Source of the DNA: an uncultured virus (IMG/VR IMGVR_UViG_3300015263_000377)
Taxonomy: Duplodnaviria; Heunggongvirae; Uroviricota; Caudoviricetes
Length of the DNA: 20,000 nt
Virus record (IMG/VR): IMGVR_UViG_3300015263_000377
Reading direction: 5' to 3' (one strand)
Both the position numbers and the translations under genes were made by a program. The number at the start of each line of letters is the position of its first letter. Within the stretch, counting starts at the first letter, position 1. Of the stretch, positions 10,032 to 18,900 are shown piece by piece. The notes beneath the pieces are model-generated. The model ran no database searches and was not told the DNA's origin. It saw only the letters and a program-made list of their open reading frames with translations.

Positions 10032-12035
10032 GTGGCTCGCGAAAAGAAGCAACAGTCCAACCTAGCCCATATGATCCGTAGCGCCGGGCATCGTGCCCGT
10101 GCGCTTACGGAGACGGCGGCTGTCAATGGGGTTGACCTAGCTACCGTCACGGTCAACGGTCGGACGCAACGTATTTTCAACGTGCTTCAGTATGTCGAGT
10201 CCCCGTGGGGGCTCAACATGAAGCTGTTTCCAGTACAGCGGTTCATCGTAAAGCTGTACTACCACATGCCTCTGGATGACACGCTCCCGGAGGACGAGAA
10301 TCGTCGGATCAAAATCTCCGACATGTTCAACACGAAGACGTTGTACACCTTCACTGAGAAGGAGTACCTGCACTACCTCTACAACGAAGGTCGGTGCAAC
10401 ATCGGGGAGCAGGACCACCTCCGTAGACAGCTCACCCTCCCCATCGGTCGCCGTGCTGGGAAGACCACCCTATCGGCTGTTTTTGCGAGTTACGAGCTTT
10501 ACAGGCTCCTCTCGTTGGGCAACCCGCAAGCGTACTACGGGCTCCCCAACGGCAACCGAATCCAAATCATCTCGGTCGCCACGGACAAGGACCAGGCGGG
10601 TCTCCTCTTCAATGACGTGACCTCGCACATGGCGAAGTGCGAGTATTTCCAGCCGTACATCGCCAACAACACGCTCTCCTACGTCCAGCTCCGAACCCCC
10701 TACGACATTGAGAGGTTCGGGCCTACGGTCCGTCACTCGGACGGTAAGTTCACTTCGTTCAACGGCAAGGCGAGCATCCGCGTCACCTTCAAGGCCAGCA
10801 TTTCAAAGGGTCTTCGAGGGTCCGGTAACATCGTCATCATCCTCGACGAGATCGCCCACTTTCAGGACAAGGGTAAGTCGAGCGCCAAGGACATCTACGA
10901 CGCCATCACGCCGTCAACCGCTGCCTTCTCCCCAAAGGACCCTGCAACGGGGCTCCCTATCAATGGATCGGCAACGGAGTCCGAAGCTCGAATCATCTGC
11001 ATCTCCTCGCCTCTAAACAAGGCGGGTAAGTTCTACGAGCTGTACCACCTCGGCATGAGCCGAGGGCCTGGCTCGGACAACATGCTCGTCATCCAGGCGC
11101 CGACCTGGGAGGTCAACCCGACCGTCCCAACGAGCTACTACAAGGAGAAGTACCACGAGGACCCCTCCGTCTTCATGACGGAGCACGGTGCCCTCTTCTC
11201 CGACCGCGTTCGTGGTTGGATCGAACGTGAAGCGGACCTCATCGAGTGCATCCAAAAGGAGCTTCGTCCCAAGACGTACGGACCTCCGCGCTTCCCTCAT
11301 CAAATGGGGATCGACGTAGGGCTCATCAACGACGGTACGACCGTCGCGATCACTCATACCGAGGGTGCCAACATCATCCTCGACTACCACGAGGCTTGGT
11401 ACGCAGGCATGTCGTGGAGGGAAGCCAACCCCCACCTCACCTCTCCTTTCACTGACTACGCCAAAACCCTGGAGAACGTAGAGCGACTTGACTTCGAGGA
11501 GATCGCCAACTGGATCCACCTCCTCACCAAGAAGTTCTACATCTCGGCTGGGTTGTTCGACCGTTGGAACGGGCTCCCGCTCGAAGAGGCGCTCCACAAG
11601 AAGGGCTTGAAGCAGTTCAAGAGTGAGTTTTTCAAGCCTGATACGACGAGCAAGATGTACCAGGCGACGAAGCTACTCATGTTCGACAAGCGCATCACGC
11701 TCTACGACTATCCGCTACCTTCGCAAGCGGAGGCTCAATCCAAGCACTCGCCGCTCATCGAGGAGATCCTCAGTCTCCAGGCTACGCAGCGGGCTAGGAA
11801 CCAGATCATCGTAGAGGCTCCTCAGATTCAAGGGGCTCATGATGACGTGACGGACGCCCTTGTACGAGCCATCTGGCTCTCTTTGGAGCGGATCAGCAAC
11901 CTCAAGATCACGGCCCCTCGGAACTACCCGACCCAACCGAGGGGGCCGGCTTCTATGACCCACTATCAGCGGGCTAGGATGCGCCAGCACGGGGTTCATA
12001 GGGATCGTCTTGTACCGAGGGTAAGGTCAAGATGA
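10032..12035 (+). CDS. terL: Terminase large subunit
   Basis: Walker A GRRAGKTT (10446-10469), Walker B IIILDEIAHF, motif III ISSP, and RNase-H-like nuclease acidic motifs GIDVG and HDDVTDA. Confidence 0.9.
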   Translation: MAREKKQQSNLAHMIRSAGHRARALTETAAVNGVDLATVTVNGRTQRIFNVLQYVESPWGLNMKLFPVQRFIVKLYYHMPLDDTLPEDENRRIKISDMFNTKTLYTFTEKEYLHYLYNEGRCNIGEQDHLRRQLTLPIGRRAGKTTLSAVFASYELYRLLSLGNPQAYYGLPNGNRIQIISVATDKDQAGLLFNDVTSHMAKCEYFQPYIANNTLSYVQLRTPYDIERFGPTVRHSDGKFTSFNGKASIRVTFKASISKGLRGSGNIVIILDEIAHFQDKGKSSAKDIYDAITPSTAAFSPKDPATGLPINGSATESEARIICISSPLNKAGKFYELYHLGMSRGPGSDNMLVIQAPTWEVNPTVPTSYYKEKYHEDPSVFMTEHGALFSDRVRGWIEREADLIECIQKELRPKTYGPPRFPHQMGIDVGLINDGTTVAITHTEGANIILDYHEAWYAGMSWREANPHLTSPFTDYAKTLENVERLDFEEIANWIHLLTKKFYISAGLFDRWNGLPLEEALHKKGLKQFKSEFFKPDTTSKMYQATKLLMFDKRITLYDYPLPSQAEAQSKHSPLIEEILSLQATQRARNQIIVEAPQIQGAHDDVTDALVRAIWLSLERISNLKITAPRNYPTQPRGPASMTHYQRARMRQHGVHRDRLVPRVRSR

Positions 12036-13102
12036 GGTTCCCTCCGCTCGACTCGATCTCGCTCCGGGTGGCCGCGAGGTACAAGTCCAAAAAGAAGGTC
12101 AAAACTCGCGCCGGGGACGAGATGACCGTCTACGAGTACGGGCCTCGTCAGGTTGCGAACCGCAACAACCAGAAGGCGGACCGAGTCGAGAAGCTCCGGA
12201 CTTCCATGGGAAAGCTCCGGACGAAGGTGAAGTCTGACCTGAAGTCCAAGGACTTGCACACGAAGCTGACGGCCCTTGCCGTCGCCCTCATCGATCACAC
12301 GTACGAGCGGGTCGGAAACGACGAATCGGCGGATGACGGGCACTTTGGCGTCACCGGGTGGCAGCGGGGCCACCTTTCCTTCGGGAAGGGTTCGGCCACT
12401 GTCAAGTACGTCGGAAAGTCAGGGGTCAAACAAGAGAAGAAGGTCTCGGACGCACAGATCCTCAAGGCTCTTCGTGAGGCGTACAACTCCACCAAGGGAA
12501 AAGAGGACTGCATCTTCGCCTATGACGGTGGGTGTGTGGATGCGAAGGCGGTCAACGGGTACCTCAAGGACTTCGACATCACAGCTAAGGACATCCGGGG
12601 TCTTCATGCGAACCGGGAAGTCCAAGACCGACTCAAGAAGATCCGTTCTGCCGGACCGGAGCTACCACGCGAGCGTAAAGCCAAGGACAAGATCCTGAAG
12701 GCTGAGTTCAAGAAGGCCGTAGCGGAGGCTGCCGAGGCGGTCGGTCACGAGCCCTCTACGCTACGAAGCCAGTACCTCGTACCAGCGATGGAGGAAGCGT
12801 ACCTCCATGATGGCTCGGTCATCGACAAGCTGAATGCCAAGGCGGCTTCGTTCGACTGCACCCCTGAGCCCCCGCTCCTCTTTGGAAACCGCATCATCAA
12901 GCAGCTCGTGGACCACATGCTCGGGGATGAGCTGGTTGTGGAGGATCGCGACTTCAACGTGATGCGTTTGGTGTTTCGTCAACAGGGAGGGTCTTGGGAG
13001 AGGCTCCTCAATGGCGACCCCGTGCAGAACGAGCTTCTCAAGACGGTCGTAACGACTTGGGGGAAGATGCCGGGGCGCAAGCAAGAGCCGGAGAAAGCCT
13101 GA
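12032..13102 (+). CDS. DNA topoisomerase IB (bacterial/poxvirus-like catalytic domain) with an N-terminal RVAARY tag and an extra C-terminal domain
   Basis: Catalytic pentad appears intact: R93 (RVGN), K129 (GKSG), R189 (KDIR), H239 (VGHEP), Y248 (LRSQY). ATGA overlap with the terL stop. Confidence 0.85.
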   Translation: MRFPPLDSISLRVAARYKSKKKVKTRAGDEMTVYEYGPRQVANRNNQKADRVEKLRTSMGKLRTKVKSDLKSKDLHTKLTALAVALIDHTYERVGNDESADDGHFGVTGWQRGHLSFGKGSATVKYVGKSGVKQEKKVSDAQILKALREAYNSTKGKEDCIFAYDGGCVDAKAVNGYLKDFDITAKDIRGLHANREVQDRLKKIRSAGPELPRERKAKDKILKAEFKKAVAEAAEAVGHEPSTLRSQYLVPAMEEAYLHDGSVIDKLNAKAASFDCTPEPPLLFGNRIIKQLVDHMLGDELVVEDRDFNVMRLVFRQQGGSWERLLNGDPVQNELLKTVVTTWGKMPGRKQEPEKA

Positions 13103-13638
13103 TGCCTACCGAAATTGTACGAGGGCGTGATCTCATCCTCTTCCGGAAGGGCGACAACCTCCCGGTAACGATCGACGAGGCGATGGCTCAAGGCGGGTGG
13201 GCCGGGGGTCAGGGTGTGAAGTGGGCCGACTCCACGAAGGACGAGTTTCTCGTCACCTACGCCGATGGGGTCTGCTCAGGCTTCCTTGTCTGGGGCTCCG
13301 ATGAACCGGCCGACAAGTTCACCTCCATCACGGGCCACCAACCTCACTACCGCTTTGGAGTCATGCTCAGCGGCGGGTGTTTCTTCTCGACCTCCTCTTT
13401 CGAGACGTACACCTGGACGTCTCGACAGGGCGGGCCGTTGGTTCCAATTACCTACAATGCCAGCGATTTCCTATACATATCCCTTCGCGGCCTGTGGACG
13501 AAGGAAGATGAGTGGGATTTGTCTGGTGACCCGCGAGGGCCTCTTGCCGACGCCCCGTTTTTGGGGGGTTTGGTCGGTATGGTCATCCAACCCCCCAAAG
13601 CCGTGAACAACAACTTCATGACCATTCAGACCTTGTAA
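13102..13638 (+). CDS. Hypothetical beta-rich protein, possibly a virion structural or head-decoration protein
   Basis: ATG 13102 overlaps the Topo IB TGA (TGATG). Gly/aromatic-rich, beta-type composition; lies between terminase and portal. Confidence 0.6.
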   Translation: MPTEIVRGRDLILFRKGDNLPVTIDEAMAQGGWAGGQGVKWADSTKDEFLVTYADGVCSGFLVWGSDEPADKFTSITGHQPHYRFGVMLSGGCFFSTSSFETYTWTSRQGGPLVPITYNASDFLYISLRGLWTKEDEWDLSGDPRGPLADAPFLGGLVGMVIQPPKAVNNNFMTIQTL

Positions 13639-13680
13639 CCTGTTGATAACGAGCCCCTTGTGCTCGCCGAGAAAATGTAG

Positions 13681-14136
13681 ATGGAAAAAACACTTGGACA
13701 CATGACCGTGGATGAGTTGGTCGCGGAGGGGGGTCGTACCCACGCCGAGATGCTGGCTTTGGCCGAACGAGCCCAGAGGATCTACGACCTTCTGTACCAT
13801 CGGGCGAAGAAGAACCCCAATGCGGCCACCTCCGCGTATCTCAACCTTGCCAACGGTGGGAAACGGATAGCGGGCCTGATGAGCCAGGGGCTCAAGCGAG
13901 CCCAGGTCTTTGAGCGGATGCTGGCCAACATCAAGACGGAGATGGAGATCACGGAGCGTGAACAGAGGGAGAAGCAAGAGCGCAAGGCAGCGAAGGCGGC
14001 CAAAGACGGTCACGCCCCGCCCCGCGATCTTCTCTCGGAGCTGTTTGGGCCAGACACGGAGACCTCTTCTATGCTCGACGTTGCAAATGTAGGGAACGTA
14101 GCGGACATCGACGACCTCTACGGGGGAGAAATCTAA
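13681..14136 (+). CDS. Hypothetical helical/coiled-coil protein
   Basis: ORF abuts the portal start; charged helix EITEREQREKQERKAAKAAK; acidic tail. Confidence 0.65.
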   Translation: MEKTLGHMTVDELVAEGGRTHAEMLALAERAQRIYDLLYHRAKKNPNAATSAYLNLANGGKRIAGLMSQGLKRAQVFERMLANIKTEMEITEREQREKQERKAAKAAKDGHAPPRDLLSELFGPDTETSSMLDVANVGNVADIDDLYGGEI

Positions 14137-15942
14137 GTGGCTTCCGAGCGGTTCACCAACGCGTCAAGTAGCGTCGTTCTGAATACTCAGATCGGCCGGT
14201 GGACCCATGCTCCCTACTCATCCAAAGGCAAGGTGTCGAACCTTACCGAGAAGGAGCGCTTGGCGCGTCGGGTAGCCGCATCCAACAAGACGGCGATGGG
14301 GTCGTTCCCCACGAACGCTATCTCAGGGGCGAACACGACCCTTTCCGGGACGAGCCCGTTCTTCTCCCCGCAGCTCTCGACAGACTTTCTGGAGCTGCCT
14401 CAATCTCTCCGCGAGAAGCGGGAGATTTACAGGCACTTCTACAACACCGACCCCATTGTAGGTCAAGCGATCGACCTCCACACAGAGCTACCTCTGTCCA
14501 AGGTCCGGTTGGCCAAGCCGACTCCCCGCACCTACCCGGAGCGCTTCAAGGACGCCAACGACTACGGCAAGTACATCCTCACGTTCTTTCAACGTATGTG
14601 CCAAAGGATCAAGCTGTTTCAACGCTTGATTACAGCCGCCCACCACTACAACCTCGACGGTAACGTCTTCCTGTTCGCGGAGGATGGTTCGGTGGATGTG
14701 CCTGCAAACGTAGGACACAAGATTGACAAGAACGTCAAGTCCACCCTCGATGAAGAGGGGAACGGGCATGAAGAGGTTGAGGAATCCATCACGGAGATGG
14801 AGGACCGGGAAGACCGGGAGCTAGCCTACTACCAAGAGCACTACAAGGGCTGGGACAAGCTCATCATCCTCCCTATCGACCAAGTGCGGCTGGCTTCATT
14901 CAGCTTCACGGACAAGGTTACGCTCGACCTGATCCCTTCGGATAGGGACCGTGCTCTCATCGAGCAAGCAAAGGCCGGGGACGACAAGGCTTCGCAAATG
15001 GCGGAGGAAATCCCTCAAGAAGTGAGGGACTACATCGAGTCCGGGAAGCTCATCCCGCTCGGTACGGACCCGGATGAGGGTTCGTTCTGCTACCACTTGG
15101 CGGCCCGTCGTGGGGCTGGTGAGGAGCTTGGTGCCAGCCTCCTCGACCGCTGCCTTCGCATCCTCTACTACCGCGAGAAGCTCCGGCAGGCCCAGACCCT
15201 CATCGCCGATCGAGCGATGACCCCCAAGCGACTGGTTTGGGGTGAGAACCTCTCTGACGTGGATACGGATGACCTACGTGAACAGGTCGACCTCGCCCTT
15301 GTGGATCCGGACTACTCGATCGTCACCAACTACGAGGTCCACTGGGAGGAGATTGGCGCTCGGGATCGTCTGCTCGACTTGTCTTCGGAGTACGACATCA
15401 CGGACAAGCAGCTCTACGCCGGGCTAGGGGTTACCGAGTCCCTCCTCACGGGAGAGAGCACGTTCTCCGGGGATCGCGTCAAGCTGGAAGTCCTCAACAC
15501 CCGTTACCTCCTCTTTCGGGAGATGCTTCAAGAGTACGTCGAAGAGTACCTCTTCAAGCCCGTGGCCCGACGAAAGGGCTTCGTCGAGAAGGATGAGTGG
15601 GGTGACGAGGTCGTCCTCTACCCCCGTCTGTCGTTCACCCGTCTCGCTTTGCGGGACAGCCAGGATACGTACGACGCCCTCTTCAACCTGTACCAGAAGG
15701 GGTCGATCAGCATCGACCTCATTCTGGAGATGTTCAACATCGATCCGCAAGACACCAAAGAGAAGATCGAGCGGGACATGTTCTCGGTCAACGACTCGAC
15801 CTTCAACGAGGTTATCCGAGGCATTTACGGCGAGGTTGGTCGGATGTTGGCGGAGAAGACGGACATCATGGACAAGATCGCCAAGTACCTGGATCTCAAG
15901 GTCAAACCAGAGCCGGCTCCCGAGGAACAAGGTCGCTTCTGA
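14137..15942 (+). CDS. Probable portal protein
   Basis: 601 aa, downstream of terL. Portal-like segments: YRHFYNTDPIVGQAIDLHTELPLSKVRL, YNLDGNVF, GASLLDRCLRILYYREKLRQAQ, LYAGLGVTESLLTGE, EEYLFKPVA. Confidence 0.75.
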   Translation: MASERFTNASSSVVLNTQIGRWTHAPYSSKGKVSNLTEKERLARRVAASNKTAMGSFPTNAISGANTTLSGTSPFFSPQLSTDFLELPQSLREKREIYRHFYNTDPIVGQAIDLHTELPLSKVRLAKPTPRTYPERFKDANDYGKYILTFFQRMCQRIKLFQRLITAAHHYNLDGNVFLFAEDGSVDVPANVGHKIDKNVKSTLDEEGNGHEEVEESITEMEDREDRELAYYQEHYKGWDKLIILPIDQVRLASFSFTDKVTLDLIPSDRDRALIEQAKAGDDKASQMAEEIPQEVRDYIESGKLIPLGTDPDEGSFCYHLAARRGAGEELGASLLDRCLRILYYREKLRQAQTLIADRAMTPKRLVWGENLSDVDTDDLREQVDLALVDPDYSIVTNYEVHWEEIGARDRLLDLSSEYDITDKQLYAGLGVTESLLTGESTFSGDRVKLEVLNTRYLLFREMLQEYVEEYLFKPVARRKGFVEKDEWGDEVVLYPRLSFTRLALRDSQDTYDALFNLYQKGSISIDLILEMFNIDPQDTKEKIERDMFSVNDSTFNEVIRGIYGEVGRMLAEKTDIMDKIAKYLDLKVKPEPAPEEQGRF

Positions 15943-15946
15943 CCGA

Positions 15947-15960
15947 TACTCGTCTTTTGA
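15947..15960 (+). promoter_or_regulatory. Candidate late-promoter motif variant TACTCGTCTTTTGA
   Basis: In the 33-nt gap between the portal stop and ATG 15976, 15 nt before the start; two mismatches to the TAYTCTTCTTATG consensus. Confidence 0.3.
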
Positions 15961-15975
15961 CGGACCCCGAGTGGG

Positions 15976-18900
15976 ATGGACTTCCTCGGTACGAAGGACC
16001 ACGGCGAGCGAGAGGACGAAGAGGCGGAGCGCCTCGTTCGTCCTCTACCCAAGAAGAAGCCGCCTCGTAAGGACCGTCGCCGCGAGGAGATGCAGACGGA
16101 TCGCGACCCCGATACCGATGGGGACACGGACCTCAAGAACGATCCGGACATGTCCCTCAACTACAAGAACGTTGGGGGCTCCCTCGTCTTGGTTCGTCGT
16201 GTTGTTGCTCGCTTCAAGAGGGCGGAGTCAGGCCCCAAGAAGTACGTCTCGGTTTCCGACTCCGAGCAGGGTGGGAAGGTCGTTTCAGTTCCGGAACAGA
16301 CCGCCAAGAACAACCCTTCGCGCTACAAGCCCGTCAAGGACAAGGAGCGTTCGGAGCGTGAGTCCCCTGGAGCCAAGAAGCCGGAGGGTCCGAAGGAAGA
16401 GTCCAAGGGTGAGGAGTCCAAGGGTGAGGAGTCCAAGGGTGAGGAGTCCAAGGGTGAGGAGCCCAAGGGTGAGGAGCCCAAAGCTGAGGAGCCCAAAGCT
16501 GAGGAGCCCAAAGCTGAGGAGCCCAAAGCTGAGGAGCCCAAGGCTCCCGAAGAGAAGAAGGCTCCCGACTCCTCTTCTGAGGAGCAGATGGCCGCTCGTG
16601 TCCGGGAGCGGTTCAAGGCGAAGAACTACCAGAACCACCCGGAGTTCAAGGAATACACCCAGAACCTCCCTACAACCGACGACTCCGGCAACTTCTATGA
16701 CCCTAAGTCGAAGAAGCGTGTCCCTTGGGATCAGCTCGACCCCAACGAGCAATCGCGACTGATCAATGACTTCGCTACGAAGAAGAAGCGGAAGTCTCTT
16801 GACTCCAAGCTCGATGCCTTAGACCCCAAGGTCAAGGCTGCGATTCAATCCCTGGCTGACCCCAAAAGTGAGCTGTCCAAGAAGCTCGACCAGTACAAGA
16901 AAGATGGGCACCCCATCGAGGGGATCCCGCCCGAAAAACTAATCCCGGCCCTCAAAGGTCTGAACCTCCCTGCCAAGTCGATTGCGGACCTTCAAGGGGC
17001 TGCCTCAGACCTTACGAAGCGAGAGACGACCAAGGCCGAACAAGAGAAGGCTCAGGCCGCTGAAAAGAACCAGAAGGAGCTGGAGGAGGCGGCCCGCAAG
17101 GCTCAGAGCGCCAAAGACTTCAAGCCCCCGAATCGAAAGCCGCCCACCGAGGAGGAGCGGTTGGAGGTGCTTAACGCCCTCTGGGACATGGATCCGCCCC
17201 TCCCTTCGGAAATTCAAGTTCGCCTTGGGTCTCTTCATCCGGAAGACGCCAAGCTCGCCCTCTCTTCTTACACGAAGTTCAACGCCCTCGATCCCCCCAA
17301 GAACCTCAAACGAGAGATCCAAGAAGCCGGACGGAATTACGTGTCGGACCCACTAGAGGTCACCTCACTTCCCAAGTATGGGGTGGTCAAGGTCCAAGAA
17401 GACGGCAAGGAAGTTGAGAAGAAACTCACCTTTGACAAGTTGACCCCAGGCCAGAAGCAACAAGCGGTTCACGAGCACCGTATGAAGTTGCTGGGAGCCA
17501 GCTTGGCCTCAAGGTCTCGCGTTGCGAAAGCGTTGGTAGGGAACGGGATCCCCAAGCACCTATCGACCTCGTTGGCCCACGCGACGCTGTCAGCGGGGTC
17601 CTTGTCGGAGTCCGAGAGAAAGAAGAAGGTCAAGACCTGGGCTACCAATCTCTTCACCCAGTCCTCGTCTGGTTACGGGAAGCAGGAAGAGAGCGACGGG
17701 CGGTTCGGTCACGTGGTTCGCACCACAACTAGACCAACTCTCAGCGACAAGGACCGGACCAAGTTCATAGAGGCGATCAAGAAGTTGGACCCCGTGGGTC
17801 AACAGGTTGCGGTTGCTGCTCTTCAAGGTGAGGACTACCGGGAGGCCAAAGCTCGATTTTTGGATCCGAAGTCCGGGGATGCGATTCGACCTACGGATGA
17901 CCCCGAAGACGTCGCTCGGAAGCTAAGTCAAGCGCAAGACATGATGAGCAAAGCGGGTAAACGCTACCCGTCCGAGTTGTCTGTCATTGATCCAGCTACG
18001 ATCCTCAAGGTCCAAACCCTCAAAAAACTCCGCGACCAAGATCCCGCCAAAGCTCGTCAGGTGGTGACCCATATCCGGGAAGACGAGGTCAAGCGCTACC
18101 ACGCGAAGCGATCAGAGTGGGAGAGCAAGGACAAAGAGCACAAGACGAAGCAGAAGGCGGCTCAGAAAGAACACGACGCTTGGGAGAAGCGGAAGACGAA
18201 GCACGAAGCGAAGTACGCCAAGGACCCCTACCGGGCTCCCCCGTTCGACGAGCCTGAGCCTGAGTTGCTTCCGGATCTTGAGCCTCCGAGACCACCCATC
18301 GGGTACTTGCGCAAGCTCAGTGAGAAGGATCGGGAGAAGGCGAAGCTAGACCTCAAACAGCTTCGTCGCGCTTCTCTCTATTCTTCTTATGGGCTCCAAA
18401 AATGGCAGATGGGTACCACTCCGCCTTCCAATCGGGACCGCACCGCCCTGTATCACGGGGTGGAGCCTTATCCGAAGGGTCACGAGGGTTTCGCTCCTTA
18501 TACCAAGTGGAACCAACCCCATCGTTGTGACCTCGGGGCGTCGGACTTCGACGCCATCCTGAAGTCCGCCAAGGAATGGCTCAAGTCCCCTGTGTTGGCC
18601 AAAGACATCGAGGGGATGGTTCCGGACGCCCGGTTCCGAGCGGCGTTGGACCTCGCGATCCACGCGAGTCGATACAACAGGGCGATCTCGCCCCCGCTTT
18701 ACAACATGATGCTCGCCAAGCTCGCTTCGCAACCTGCGGACGAGACGTTGTTGACCGTCCACGCGGCGACCGACCGTGTGGCTTTTTCAACCGAAGAGAC
18801 AGAGGGAAACGCCATGACCGTCAAGTTCGCCAAGGACCAAGCCAACGCCATTCTGGGTCGTCTCGACAAGGCGGCCGGGTTCATCCAAGAGAACTACAAG

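Noticed and set aside
10032..12035. Possible intein or intron in the long terminase
   Set aside because: No intein splice-junction or LAGLIDADG motifs were seen; the extra length is spread over small insertions.
12032..13102. Integrase/tyrosine recombinase interpretation of the Topo IB ORF
   Set aside because: RVGN, GKSG, KDIR and GH..S..R..Y match Topo IB signatures rather than the HxxR recombinase motif, and no att-like sites were seen.
13636..13655. TAACCTGTTGATAA as a fifth copy of the late-promoter motif
   Set aside because: It is intergenic and AT-rich but matches the consensus poorly; a genome-wide PWM is needed to decide.
16396..16545. Tandem repeat considered as a possible CRISPR array
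   Set aside because: The 15-bp units are contiguous with no spacers and are in frame within a CDS.
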